Part shown: one piece after another, positions 25,445-35,340 of the stretch
How the letters are laid out: each line of letters begins with the position of its first letter
How positions within the stretch are numbered: position 1 is the first letter of the stretch
Position numbers and translations under genes: made by a program
The notes under the pieces: model-generated
What the model was told of the DNA's origin: nothing
The model's database searches: none
The model's input: only the letters and a program-made list of their open reading frames with translations
Source: Rubrivivax sp.
Lineage (GTDB): Bacteria > Pseudomonadota > Gammaproteobacteria > Burkholderiales > Burkholderiaceae_C
Length of the DNA stretch: 63,700 nt
Assembly: GCA_036523095.1 (NCBI GenBank)
Contig: DATDER010000056.1
Coordinates: forward strand, 1 to 63,700
Direction of reading: 5' to 3'

Positions 25445-26190
25445 GCCGGATTCGGCACGTCGATGAAGACATGCTCGAGGCCGAAGCGTGCCGCGACATC
25501 GGCAGCCACCGCGGGCGCGCCGAAACGTTCGGTCGCGTGGTGGCCGCAGGCCAGGAAAGCGACGCCGGTTTCACGCGCCAGATGAGCCTGCGGCTCGGAA
25601 ATCTCGCCCGTCACGAAGGCGTCGGCCCCGGCCGTGATCGCGGCCTCGAAGTAACCCTGCGCGCCGCCGGTGCACCAGCCGATGCGGCGCAGTGGCCGGC
25701 CGTCGCCCGGCACGAACGTCGGCGCGCGCTGCAGCACACCACCTACCCGCGAGGCAAGCATGTCGGCATCTGTCAGCCCGGCGGCCGGTGCAATGAAACC
25801 CAGCGCCTGCTCGCCAAAACGCGCGTCGGCCACCAGCCCGAGCCGCAGGCCGAGCTGCGCGTTGTTGCCGAGTTGCGCGTGCGCGTCGAGCGGCAGGTGG
25901 TAGGCGAAGAGGTTGATGTCGTGTGCGATCAGGCGCGCGATGCGCGCGCGAAGCCAGCCAGTGAGGCGCCCGTCCTGGCCGCGCCAGAACAGGCCGTGGT
26001 GGACGAGTACCGCGTCGGCGCGCGCGTCGATCGCGGCGTCGATGAACGACAGGCTCGCGGTCACGCCCGAGACGATACGGCGCACCTCGACCTTGCCCTC
26101 GAGTTGCAGACCGTTCGGCCCATAATCCCGGAACAGGTCCACCGACAGCAGTTCGCGAAGGTAGTTTTCGATGTCGGAACGGTGGGCCAT
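25441..26190 (-). CDS. Nif3-like dinuclear metal center protein
   Basis: DYGPNGLQ, VHHGLFW, YHLPLDAH, GHHATE. Confidence 0.93.
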   Translation of the reverse strand: MAHRSDIENYLRELLSVDLFRDYGPNGLQLEGKVEVRRIVSGVTASLSFIDAAIDARADAVLVHHGLFWRGQDGRLTGWLRARIARLIAHDINLFAYHLPLDAHAQLGNNAQLGLRLGLVADARFGEQALGFIAPAAGLTDADMLASRVGGVLQRAPTFVPGDGRPLRRIGWCTGGAQGYFEAAITAGADAFVTGEISEPQAHLARETGVAFLACGHHATERFGAPAVAADVAARFGLEHVFIDVPNPA

Positions 26191-26206
26191 GAGGGATGCA
26201 CGCGCC

Positions 26207-27361
26207 ATGCGCAGAACGTGGTTGATATTCTCGCAGGCGGTCACGGTGGCGGTTGCGCTGCTGTTCGTGCTCTCCACGCTCAAACCCGAATGGCTGCGCG
26301 GGCAGCGTTCGACGTCCGGCACGGTGACCGTCTTCGATGCGCCGGCGCCTGCGCGTGCCGCCTCCGGCAGCGCTGGTTACGGCTTGAGCGATGCCGCGCG
26401 GGTGGCGATGCCTGCGGTGGTCAGCGTGTCGGCACGCAAGCCGCCGGCACGCAACCCGCATGCCGATGACCCGGCCTTCCGCTTCTTCTTCGGCGACCGC
26501 ACGCCCGGCAACGAGCGCCAGGAGGGCCTCGGCTCCGGGGTCATCGTGTCGCCGCAAGGCTACCTGCTGACGAACCACCACGTCGTCGAGGACGCCGACG
26601 AGATCGAGGTCCGGCTGGCCGACGGCCGCGAGGCCCGCGCCACGCTCGTCGGCGCCGACACCGAGACCGATCTCGCGGTGCTCAAGATCGAACTCGGCGC
26701 GCTGCCGGTGGTGGCGCTGGGCGACATGGCACGGGTGCAGGTCGGCGACGCGGTGCTCGCGATCGGCAACCCCTTCAACGTCGGCCAGACCGCGACCTCG
26801 GGCATCGTCAGTGCGCTCGGCCGCAACCGGCTCGGCCTGTCGACCTTCGAGAACTTCATCCAGACCGATGCCGCGATCAACCCCGGCAACAGCGGTGGTG
26901 CGCTCGTCGACGCGCAAGGTGCGCTGGTCGGCATCAACACCGCGATCTACTCGCGCAGCGGCGGCAGCCTGGGCATCGGCTTCGCCGTGCCGGTCGACCT
27001 CGCACGCGAGGTCATGGAATCGTTGATCCGCGACGGCAGGGTCATCCGCGGCTGGGTCGGCGTCGAGCCGCGCGACCTGACACCGGAGCTGATCGAGTCG
27101 TTCCAGCTTCCGGTCAAGCAGGGTGTGCTGATCGCCGGCGTGCTGCAGGACGGCCCGGCGAGCGCGGCCGGCCTGCGCCCGGGCGATGTCGTCACGCGCA
27201 TCGATGACAAGCCGGTCGCGAGCACGGCGGCGCTGCTGAAAGCGGTGGCGGCGCTGAAGCCGCAGGCGCGCGCGACGCTGTCGGTGCAGCGGCGCGATCA
27301 GGCGCTGGAACTCGCGATCACGATCGGGCAGCGCCCGGCGGGCGGCGCGCCCCGCCGCTGA
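26207..27361 (+). CDS. HtrA/DegS-like serine protease with one PDZ domain
   Basis: TNHHV, DLAVLK, AINPGNSGGAL, C-terminal PDZ. Confidence 0.93.
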   Translation: MRRTWLIFSQAVTVAVALLFVLSTLKPEWLRGQRSTSGTVTVFDAPAPARAASGSAGYGLSDAARVAMPAVVSVSARKPPARNPHADDPAFRFFFGDRTPGNERQEGLGSGVIVSPQGYLLTNHHVVEDADEIEVRLADGREARATLVGADTETDLAVLKIELGALPVVALGDMARVQVGDAVLAIGNPFNVGQTATSGIVSALGRNRLGLSTFENFIQTDAAINPGNSGGALVDAQGALVGINTAIYSRSGGSLGIGFAVPVDLAREVMESLIRDGRVIRGWVGVEPRDLTPELIESFQLPVKQGVLIAGVLQDGPASAAGLRPGDVVTRIDDKPVASTAALLKAVAALKPQARATLSVQRRDQALELAITIGQRPAGGAPRR

Positions 27362-27368
27362 TCCAGCT

Positions 27369-28181
27369 TCAACCTGCGGCCTTGTCCTTGGCCGGGTCCA
27401 CCGGATCGGCGGGGTCCGCCGGCGCCTTGGTGTGCTTGATGAAGAGCTGGGCCGACCAGATGCCGATCTCGTACAGGATGCACATCGGCACCGCCAGCGC
27501 GAGCTGGGAGATCACGTCGGGCGGTGTCACCACCGCGGCGACGATGAAGGAGGCGACGACGAAGTAGCCGCGAAACTTCTTCAGCTGCTCGATCGAGACG
27601 ACACCCACGCGCGCGAGCACGATGACCGCGATCGGCACCTCGAAGGCGATGCCGAAGACGAGGAAGAGCGACAGCACGAAGCCGAAGTACTGCTCGATGT
27701 CCGGCGCCGCAGTGATTGCGGTGGGCGAAAAGGCCTGGATGAACTTCGACATGCCCGGGATGACCAGGAAGTAGCAGAACGCCACCCCGGCAAGGAACAG
27801 GATCGTGCTCGAGATCACCAGCGGCAGTACGAGCTTCTTCTCGTGCGAGTACAAGCCCGGCGCGACGAAGGCCCAGACCTGGTAGAGCACGATCGGCAAC
27901 GCGAGCAGGAACGCCGCCATGAGCGTGATCTTCAGCGGCACCAGGATCGGCGAGATTACGTTAGTGGCGATGAGCTTCGTACCCTGCGGCAGGTGCGCCA
28001 CCATCGGCGCAGCGAGCAGGTCGTACAGCCCCCCCGGCCCGGGCCAGAGCGCCAGCGCGCCAAAGGCGATCCCGATCGCGACGATCGATCGGATGAGCCG
28101 GTCGCGCAACTCGACCAGGTGCGAGACAAACGGCGCTTCGCTGCCTTCGAGCTCGTCTTTCTTGGGATCCGGCGCGCTCAT
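27369..28181 (-). CDS. tatC: Tat translocase TatC
   Basis: [24 protein letters not shown]. Confidence 0.95.
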   Translation of the reverse strand: MSAPDPKKDELEGSEAPFVSHLVELRDRLIRSIVAIGIAFGALALWPGPGGLYDLLAAPMVAHLPQGTKLIATNVISPILVPLKITLMAAFLLALPIVLYQVWAFVAPGLYSHEKKLVLPLVISSTILFLAGVAFCYFLVIPGMSKFIQAFSPTAITAAPDIEQYFGFVLSLFLVFGIAFEVPIAVIVLARVGVVSIEQLKKFRGYFVVASFIVAAVVTPPDVISQLALAVPMCILYEIGIWSAQLFIKHTKAPADPADPVDPAKDKAAG

Positions 28182-28672
28182 CTCACGGACTTCAGGCCCG
28201 GCGGCCGGAACCGCGCCACGCGCGCAGCGCCCGACTGCGCCCTGGCACGGATGCCCGTCCGCTGCTTGTACCACTGGGGTGTGGCGCCGCGTTTGAGGCG
28301 CCAGTTCTTCTTCGGTGGCTTGTAGGTGGGCGGCGGCAGCATCGGCGCTTCGTCAGCGGGGCTGTCGGCCGCACCGGCCGGTGTGGCCAGCGTCGCCCAG
28401 TCCTGATCGAAGGCGGCCGTCGCTTCGCTCATCTCGGTCTTGACCGTCTGGCCGACATTGCGCGCAGCGTCCTCGAAGTCGGTCTTCATCTTCTTGAGCT
28501 CATCGAGCTCGATCGAGCGGTTGACCTCGGCCTTGACGTCGGCGACATAACGCTGCGCCTTGCCGAACAGGTGGCCCAGCGTGCGCGCCACCTTGGGCAG
28601 TTTCTCGGGGCCGATGACGATCAGGGCCACGGCACCGATGAGCGCGATCTTGTCAAATCCGAAGTCGATCAT
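28178..28672 (-). CDS. tatB: Tat translocase TatB
   Basis: MIDFGF...[14 protein letters not shown]. Confidence 0.93.
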   Translation of the reverse strand: MIDFGFDKIALIGAVALIVIGPEKLPKVARTLGHLFGKAQRYVADVKAEVNRSIELDELKKMKTDFEDAARNVGQTVKTEMSEATAAFDQDWATLATPAGAADSPADEAPMLPPPTYKPPKKNWRLKRGATPQWYKQRTGIRARAQSGAARVARFRPPGLKSVR

Positions 28673-28724
28673 GGGCGGTGGAGTGGGTCGCGGGACGCGC
28701 GGCGCAGCGCCTCGCGTGCGCTGC

Positions 28725-28967
28725 TCAGAGCTTGGTCTTGGCCTCGACGTCGACCGTGTTGCCGTCGTCCGCGCGCTTCTTGGCCGTGACCTGCTGCGCC
28801 GGTGCCTGCTCGTCGGCAGTGCCTTCGCTGCCGCCCTTGACGCCGTCCTTGAAGCCCTTCACGGCGCTGCCGAGGTCGGAACCCATGTTCTTGAGCTTCT
28901 TGGTGCCGAAGATCAGCACCACGACCAGCAGCACGATCAGCCAATGCCAGATGCTGAAGGATCCCAT
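28725..28967 (-). CDS. tatA: Tat translocase TatA
   Basis: [12 protein letters not shown]...FGTKKL. Confidence 0.95.
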   Translation of the reverse strand: MGSFSIWHWLIVLLVVVLIFGTKKLKNMGSDLGSAVKGFKDGVKGGSEGTADEQAPAQQVTAKKRADDGNTVDVEAKTKL

Positions 28968-29050
28968 GTTCATTCTCCTGAAGAGGAAACGAGGATTCTA
29001 GGGGGAGCCGCCTGCGGCGGCAGGCCCCAGGGTGATGGCGGCCCGGTGCC

Positions 29051-29398
29051 TCAGCCGCGCAGCCAGGGGCGCGGCCCGCCCATCACGTGCAGGTGAAGGT
29101 GCAGGACCTCCTGCATGCCGTCGCGGCCGGTGTTGATGAGGGTGCGAAAGCCGTTCGTGACCCCCAGTTCGCGCATCAGGCGGGGTGCCAGCCCGAGCAT
29201 GCGCCCGAGCAACACGTCGTGTTCGGGGCCGACGTCGGCGAGCGAGACGATGTGCTGGCGCGGGATCACCAGCACATGCACCGGCGCCCAGGGGTTGATG
29301 TCGTGGAAGGCGAACAGTTCCTCGTCCTCGTAGACCTTTTTCGACGGGATCTGGCCGGCGACGATCTTGCAGAAGATGCAGTTCGGGTCGTTGCTCAT
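29051..29398 (-). CDS. histidine triad nucleotide-binding protein (HinT-like)
   Basis: CIFCKI, HLHLH. Confidence 0.93.
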   Translation of the reverse strand: MSNDPNCIFCKIVAGQIPSKKVYEDEELFAFHDINPWAPVHVLVIPRQHIVSLADVGPEHDVLLGRMLGLAPRLMRELGVTNGFRTLINTGRDGMQEVLHLHLHVMGGPRPWLRG

Positions 29399-29431
29399 GG
29401 TTACATCGTTGCTACGGTTCGCTCGGGTGGG

Positions 29432-29794
29432 TCAGGTCACGGGCTGACCATCGCAGAGCTTGAGCCAGCCCTTGACGACGCGGTAGATCATCCAGACCCA
29501 GGCCACGAACATGATGACGAAGCCGACCATCACCATCGCCAGCACGGCGCCCGTCACGGCCCAGACCAGGCCCCACCAGAAACTGCGGATCTGCCAGTCG
29601 AAGTGGCTCTCGTAAACCGTGCCGCGGGCGTCGTCGCGTTTGACGTAGTTGATGACCAGGCCGACGATCGCCGGCAGGCCCCAGATGAAGCTCAGCGCCT
29701 GCAGCGCGTAGACCACCGTCGTCACGCTCTTCAGGCTCGCCAGCTGCTCGGGCGTCTTGGCCGTGCCGCCGGCAGCGTCGATCACGTTGTTCAT
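29432..29794 (-). CDS. DUF4870-like membrane protein
   Basis: [21 protein letters not shown]; three TM segments. Confidence 0.8.
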   Translation of the reverse strand: MNNVIDAAGGTAKTPEQLASLKSVTTVVYALQALSFIWGLPAIVGLVINYVKRDDARGTVYESHFDWQIRSFWWGLVWAVTGAVLAMVMVGFVIMFVAWVWMIYRVVKGWLKLCDGQPVT

Positions 29795-30138
29795 GAACCC
29801 TCCTGTTCACGCCGCTCCGCCTTGCGCGACGCCATCTCGTCGAGCCCCGACATCCCTTCGCGCCGGCGCAACTCCGCCAGCACGTCGGCCGGCGTCAGGC
29901 CGTGTGCCGCGAGCACGATCATGGTGTGGAACCAGAGGTCGGCCACTTCGCCGACGAGCTTCGGCCCGTCGCGATCCTTGGCCGCCATCACGACCTCGGT
30001 CGCCTCCTCGCCGACCTTCTTGAGCATCGCGTCGGCACCTTTCGCGAACAGGCGCGCGACGTAGCTCTTGTCGGGATCGCCGCCGCGGCGTGATTCGATC
30101 ACCGCGGCCAGGTGCGCGAGGGTGTCGTCGGCGCTCAT
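29791..30138 (-). CDS. hisE: phosphoribosyl-ATP diphosphatase
   Basis: [23 protein letters not shown]. Confidence 0.95.
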   Translation of the reverse strand: MSADDTLAHLAAVIESRRGGDPDKSYVARLFAKGADAMLKKVGEEATEVVMAAKDRDGPKLVGEVADLWFHTMIVLAAHGLTPADVLAELRRREGMSGLDEMASRKAERREQEGS

Positions 30139-30524
30139 TTGTAGATCGACGCCGGGTCCTTCAGAACAGGCTCGACGGCCTGCCAGCGGCCTTGTTCCAG
30201 GCGCTGGAAGAAACACGCGTGACGGCCGGTGTGGCAGGCGATGGAGGGGCTCTGGCCGTTCTGCGTCACCCGAAGCAGCAGCACGTCGTTGTCGCAATCG
30301 AGCCGCATCTCGTGCACGGTCTGGGTGTGGCCGGACTCTTCGCCCTTGTGCCACAGGCGCTGGCGCGAGCGGCTCCAGTAGACCGCTTCGCCGCGCTCCG
30401 CGGTGGCGGCGAGCGCGGCACGATTCATGAAGGCGAACATCAGCACGTCGTTGCTGCCGAGCTCCTGGGCGATCACGGGCACCAGGCCGTCGCGGTCCCA
30501 CTTGATGTCGTCCAGCCAATCCAT
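30135..30524 (-). CDS. hisI: phosphoribosyl-AMP cyclohydrolase
   Basis: YWSRSR, KGEESG, DCDND, ACHTG..CF. Confidence 0.96.
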   Translation of the reverse strand: MDWLDDIKWDRDGLVPVIAQELGSNDVLMFAFMNRAALAATAERGEAVYWSRSRQRLWHKGEESGHTQTVHEMRLDCDNDVLLLRVTQNGQSPSIACHTGRHACFFQRLEQGRWQAVEPVLKDPASIYK

Positions 30525-30533
30525 CTGGACAGT

Positions 30534-30986
30534 TTAGTGCGTGGCACCTTCGAAGCCGCGCTCGGCCGCAAACCAGCCCAGCACCGGCAGCGTGCCCGCC
30601 AGCACCGGCGCGCTGCGCACCGGCAGCGTCTCCCAGGCCATCTGCTGGCGCTCGCGCATCACGAACTCGCCACTCCAGTCATAGACACGGCAGAAGTGCA
30701 GCCGCACCCGTGCGTGCGGGTAGTCCATCAGCTCGACCTGCCACGGGTGAGCGGCGCCGATCGTGATGCCGAGTTCTTCGTGGAGCTCGCGCCGCAGCGC
30801 CTGCTCCACCGTCTCGCCGGCTTCGAGCTTGCCACCCGGGAATTCCCAGTAACCGGCGAAGACCTTACCCTCGGGCCGGCTCGTGAGCAGGAACTGGCCG
30901 TCGGGGCGCACCAGGACGCCCACCGCGACGTCCACCGGACGGCGCAGCTCCTGCTCCCCGACGTCGACGGGAGTCCGCTCAGCCAT
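30534..30986 (-). CDS. mutT: NUDIX hydrolase (MutT-like)
   Basis: [27 protein letters not shown] Nudix box. Confidence 0.85.
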   Translation of the reverse strand: MAERTPVDVGEQELRRPVDVAVGVLVRPDGQFLLTSRPEGKVFAGYWEFPGGKLEAGETVEQALRRELHEELGITIGAAHPWQVELMDYPHARVRLHFCRVYDWSGEFVMRERQQMAWETLPVRSAPVLAGTLPVLGWFAAERGFEGATH

Positions 30987-31845
30987 GCTGGCGCGCCGCG
31001 TAGTCGCGTGCAAACTGCTGCGCCACACGCCCCGAACGCGAACCGCGCTCGAGCGCCCATACCAGCGACTCCTGGCGCGCCAAAGCGATCGTTTCCTCAG
31101 CGACGCCGAAGTTGTGCAGCCATTGCGCCACGATGGCCAGGTACTCGGCCTGCGTGAAAGGATAGAAGCTGATCCAAAGGCCGAAGCGTTCGGACAGGGA
31201 GATCTTCTCCTCCACCACCTCACCCGGATGCACCTCGCCGTCTTCCATGTGCTGGTAGGACAGGTTCTCCTTCATGTACTCGGGCAGCAGGTGGCGCCGG
31301 TTGCTGGTCGCGCAGATCAGCACGTTGTCGCTCGCCTGCGAGACCGAGCCGTCGAGGATGGACTTGAGCGCCTTGTAGCCCGGTTCGCCTTCGTCGAAGC
31401 TCAAGTCGTCGCAGTAGATGATGAAACGCTCGGGCCGCTCGGCCACGAGGTCGACGAGGTCGGGCAGGTCGACCAGATCGCCTTTGTCGACCTCGATCAG
31501 GCGCAAGCCCTGGGGGCTGAATTCGTTCAGGCAGGCCTTGATCAGCGAACTTTTGCCGGTGCCGCGTGCACCCGTCAACAGCACGTTGTTGGCGCCGCGG
31601 CCGGCGACAAACTGCGCCGTGTTGCGCAGCAGGCGCTCCTTCTGCGGCTCGACTTCACGCAGCTGCTCGAGCCGGATCGTTGCCACGTGCTTCACCGGCT
31701 CGATCACCCCCACCGCACCGCGGCGCCGGTAGCGGAAGGCTACCGAGGCCGACCAATCGGGCGGCGTCGCGGGGTGCGGCAACACCAGTTCGATGCGTGC
31801 GAGCAGCGCCTCGGCGCGTGCGATCAGGGATTCGAGAGAACTCAT
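30979..31845 (-). CDS. DUF815 family AAA+ ATPase
   Basis: GARGTGKS, CDDLSF, TSNRRHL, SLSERFGL. Confidence 0.9.
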   Translation of the reverse strand: MSSLESLIARAEALLARIELVLPHPATPPDWSASVAFRYRRRGAVGVIEPVKHVATIRLEQLREVEPQKERLLRNTAQFVAGRGANNVLLTGARGTGKSSLIKACLNEFSPQGLRLIEVDKGDLVDLPDLVDLVAERPERFIIYCDDLSFDEGEPGYKALKSILDGSVSQASDNVLICATSNRRHLLPEYMKENLSYQHMEDGEVHPGEVVEEKISLSERFGLWISFYPFTQAEYLAIVAQWLHNFGVAEETIALARQESLVWALERGSRSGRVAQQFARDYAARQHG

Positions 31846-32516
31846 GCAAAGAGTGTAGGGTCTGCCCGAACCGGCAAGGCGTGCACGCCATCTGCCGCGA
31901 CCACGAAGACACGATCACCTGGCTGCGCCTGCACCACGTGCATGCCGGTGAAGTCGCCAAACGCCGGCAGCAGGCCCACGCGGGGGCCGAAGTGGAAACA
32001 CGGCAGGCGCAGGCGGTCGATCCCGCGCCCGACCCAGGCCGCAGGATGCACATGGCCGGCGAGCGTGTAGGCCCCGTCCGCCGGGTTCGGTTTGTGGCAC
32101 AGCGCCAAGCCGCTGACCGACCAGGGTTCGTCGACGACGTCGACGCGCCACGATGGCGGCGGATCCCCTGCATGCAGGTCGTGGTTGCCCCGAACAAGCA
32201 TCAGCGCGAGCGCATGGTGGCGCGCTCGCCAGGTCTCGAAAGCGCGCAGCGTGGCCGGCGACCTGGCGTGGCGCGAGTGCAGCAGGTCCCCGAGGAAGAC
32301 GATGGCGCGTGCCCCGTGGCGCTCGACCAGTTCGGTCAGCGTGTCCAGGTTCTGCGCCGTGCTGCCGCCCGGCACCGGAACGCCCAGGCGCCGGAACGAC
32401 TGCGCCTTGCCCAGGTGGGCGTCGGCCACGAGCAGCGTCGCTTCGGCGGGCAGGAAGGCCGCACGCTGCGCCAGCAGCAGCATCGGCCGCCCGCCCACCT
32501 CGACCGCCAATGACAT
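31842..32516 (-). CDS. pdeM: ligase-associated DNA damage response metallophosphoesterase (PdeM-like)
   Basis: ADAHLGK, LGDLLH, GNHD, GHVHP, LPAFG..TG. Confidence 0.8.
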   Translation of the reverse strand: MSLAVEVGGRPMLLLAQRAAFLPAEATLLVADAHLGKAQSFRRLGVPVPGGSTAQNLDTLTELVERHGARAIVFLGDLLHSRHARSPATLRAFETWRARHHALALMLVRGNHDLHAGDPPPSWRVDVVDEPWSVSGLALCHKPNPADGAYTLAGHVHPAAWVGRGIDRLRLPCFHFGPRVGLLPAFGDFTGMHVVQAQPGDRVFVVAADGVHALPVRADPTLFA

Positions 32517-32533
32517 GCTTGTCGGCGGGCGGC

Positions 32534-33181
32534 TCAGTGCGTCAGGCGGTCGAGCGCCACGTCCAGGTGCTCCAGCGGCGAGCGCTTGAAGCCCGAGCGG
32601 GCGTAACGCTGCAGCCGCCCGGCGATGAACGAGACCAGCGCAGAGGCCAGCGCGCTGGCGTCGACGCTGGGGGTCGGTGAACCGGCGGCCTCGGCGGCCA
32701 GGCGCAGGCTCTGGCGCAACTGCGACTCCACACGGTCGAAGAACTGGTTCATGCGCGCCACCAGACGCTCGTTTTCGAAGACCAGTGCATCGCCGACCAT
32801 GACCCGTGTCATGCCCGGGTTGCGCTCGCCGAACTGCAGCACCACGGTCGTGATCTTCTGCGCCTGCAACGTACCCGACGGCTCTCGTTCGGTGATCTGG
32901 TTGGCGAGCGTGAACACACTCGACTCGATGAACTCGATCAAGCCCTCGAACATCTGCGCCTTGCTCGCGAAGTGGCGGTAGAGCGCCGCTTCGCTGACCG
33001 ACAGCCGGGCCGCCAGCGCCGCGGTGGTGACCCGCTCGGCACCCGGCTGTTCGAGCATCGTGGCCAGCGTCTGCAGGATCTGCACCCTGCGCTCACCAGG
33101 CCGTGGGCGCTTGCGCGCTGGCACACCCGGGCTGGCTTCTGCGACGTCGGGGACAGTGGCTTCTTCGGGTGTCTCGGACAT
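32534..33181 (-). CDS. slmA: nucleoid occlusion factor
   Basis: TTAALAARLSVSEAALYRHFASKAQMFEGLIEFIE. Confidence 0.92.
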   Translation of the reverse strand: MSETPEEATVPDVAEASPGVPARKRPRPGERRVQILQTLATMLEQPGAERVTTAALAARLSVSEAALYRHFASKAQMFEGLIEFIESSVFTLANQITEREPSGTLQAQKITTVVLQFGERNPGMTRVMVGDALVFENERLVARMNQFFDRVESQLRQSLRLAAEAAGSPTPSVDASALASALVSFIAGRLQRYARSGFKRSPLEHLDVALDRLTH

Positions 33182-33262
33182 CGCAGCGAGGTGGTGTGCA
33201 GTCGGTCGAAATCGATTCTTGCACAGCCCGCACGGTGGTTTCGGGGCTGGTAAACACTGACT

Positions 33263-33982
33263 TCAGCCCCCGTGATGGAGGTCGCGCAGGCGCGAGATGC
33301 GGCGGTCCACATAGGCGGGCCGGCGCAGCAAACGGGCACCCAGCATGCCGCCCGGACCGGCGGTGCGCGCCCAACGCTGCATCCAAGCGGTGTGCATTCC
33401 TACACGGCGCGCGGACTTTTGGTGTTGCAGCGTGTCTTCGACGAGCACGCAGCGCGACGGGTGAACCCGCAGCAGCGCCGCAGTGCGGCGCAGCATGCGC
33501 GCGTCGGGCTTTGGGCGCAGGTGCCCGAACATGTGCATGTCCTCGATCGTGATGACGCCGTCGAAGCAGCCCTCGATGCCCAGCACACCGAGCACCCGCG
33601 CGGTGTAGGCGGCGGGGGCATTGGTCAGGATGTAACGCCGCCCCGGCAACCGGCGCAGCGCAGCAAAGTCGTGCGCGTGGCCGTGCACCCGCGCCTCCAG
33701 CCCCGGCAAGAGGTGCGTGTGGTGCAGGAAGTGGCGCACCCTCACACCGTGGTGCCGGACCAGGCCCAGGATCGTGGCGCCATAACGCAGCCAGTAGTGG
33801 CGGCGCAAGGCATCGGCGTCGCCGGCGCTGAGGCCGAGCTCTTTCACGATGTACGCCGTCATGCCCTCGTTGATGCCGCGGAACGAAGCGTGTGACGCGT
33901 TGTGCAGCGTGTTGTCGAGGTCGAAGAGCCACGTGAGGCGACCTCGCGGTGCGCCATCGCGGCGCGGGCAGCGGCGCAGCAC
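33263..33982 (-). CDS. HAD-family pyrimidine 5'-nucleotidase
   Basis: FDLDNTLH, LTNAP, KP, VEDT; lies between argB and slmA. Start uncertain. Confidence 0.85.
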   Translation of the reverse strand: MLRRCPRRDGAPRGRLTWLFDLDNTLHNASHASFRGINEGMTAYIVKELGLSAGDADALRRHYWLRYGATILGLVRHHGVRVRHFLHHTHLLPGLEARVHGHAHDFAALRRLPGRRYILTNAPAAYTARVLGVLGIEGCFDGVITIEDMHMFGHLRPKPDARMLRRTAALLRVHPSRCVLVEDTLQHQKSARRVGMHTAWMQRWARTAGPGGMLGARLLRRPAYVDRRISRLRDLHHGG

Positions 33983-33983
33983 C

Positions 33984-34889
33984 TCAGTGGCTGCGGATCA
34001 TCGTGCCGTAGGCCTGGTCGGTCAGGATCTCGAGCAGCATCGCGTGGGGTACGCGGCCGTCGATGACGTGGACCGCATTGACGCCGCTCTTGGCCGCGTC
34101 GAGCGCGCCGCTGATCTTGGGCAGCATGCCGCCGCTGATGGTGCCGTCGGCAAACAGCTCGTCGATCTCGCGAGCGCTCAGGTTCGTCAGCAGCTCACCG
34201 GCCTTGTTCAGCACGCCGGGGGTGTTCGTCAGCAGCATCAGCTTCTCGGCCTTCAGCACCGTGGCCAGCTTGCTCGCCACCAGGTCGGCGTTGATGTTGT
34301 AGCTCTCGTTGTGGTCGCCGAAGCCGATCGGGCTGATGACGGGAATGAACTGGTCGTCCTGCAGCGCCTTGACGACACTCGGGTCGATCGCGGTGATCTC
34401 GCCGACCTGGCCGACATCGTGTTCCTTGCTCGGGTCGTCGCGGTCGAGCATCTTCAGCTTGCGCGCGCGGATGAGCCCGCCGTCGCGTCCGGTCAGCCCC
34501 ACCGCCTTGCCGCCGGCGGCGTTGATCAGGCCCACGATGTCCTGCTGCACCTGGCCCGCGAGCACCCACTCGACGACTTCCATCGTCTCTTCGTCAGTCA
34601 CACGCATGCCCTGCACGAAGGTGCCCTTCTTGCCCACGCGGGTCAGGGCTTCGTCGATCTGCGGCCCACCGCCGTGGACCACGATCGGGTTCATGCCCAC
34701 GAGCTTGAGCAAGACCACGTCTTCGGCAAAGTCCTGCTGCAACGACGGGTCGGTCATCGCGTTGCCGCCGTATTTGATGACCAGGGTCTTGCCGTGGAAC
34801 TTGCGGATATAAGGCAGTGCCTGCGCCAGGATCTCGGCCTGGTCGCGGGGCGTGATGTGGCCGAGCGAATGTTCCGGTGCCGTGCTCAT
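33984..34889 (-). CDS. argB: acetylglutamate kinase
   Basis: [27 protein letters not shown]. Confidence 0.96.
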   Translation of the reverse strand: MSTAPEHSLGHITPRDQAEILAQALPYIRKFHGKTLVIKYGGNAMTDPSLQQDFAEDVVLLKLVGMNPIVVHGGGPQIDEALTRVGKKGTFVQGMRVTDEETMEVVEWVLAGQVQQDIVGLINAAGGKAVGLTGRDGGLIRARKLKMLDRDDPSKEHDVGQVGEITAIDPSVVKALQDDQFIPVISPIGFGDHNESYNINADLVASKLATVLKAEKLMLLTNTPGVLNKAGELLTNLSAREIDELFADGTISGGMLPKISGALDAAKSGVNAVHVIDGRVPHAMLLEILTDQAYGTMIRSH

Positions 34890-35006
34890 GGTGGGTGCCT
34901 GGATGCAGAAGATGTGGCAGATTGTAGGAAAGCGCGCGTCGCCGGGAGCGTGGCCCGCTTGTCATCGCCCGTGACACGGCGCCCGTTGAAGGCTCAGGAG
35001 ACCCTC

Positions 35007-35285
35007 ATGAATCGACTTTTTGTGCTGCTGATGATGCTGGCCACGTCGGTGATGGCGCAAAGCCCCGCCAGCAATGGTGAAGTGACCAAGATCGACAAGG
35101 CGCAGGCCAAGATCACGCTGCGCCACGATGGCATCAAGCACCTCGACATGCCGGCGATGAGCATGGCCTTTCGGGTCAGCGACCCCAAGCTGCTCGACGC
35201 GGTGGCGGTGGGCGACAAGGTGCGCTTCACCGCCGACAAGGTGGGTGGCAACTTCACGATCGTTTCGCTGAACCGGGCGCCTTGA
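35007..35285 (+). CDS. CusF-like periplasmic copper-binding protein
   Basis: Signal peptide, ITLRH...LDMPAMSMAF, VGDKVRF; AGGAG RBS. Confidence 0.85.
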   Translation: MNRLFVLLMMLATSVMAQSPASNGEVTKIDKAQAKITLRHDGIKHLDMPAMSMAFRVSDPKLLDAVAVGDKVRFTADKVGGNFTIVSLNRAP

Positions 35286-35340
35286 CGCGGGCGCCGCAGG
35301 CGCGACTACCATCGGCCGCTCGCGCTGCCGAAAGACGCCC

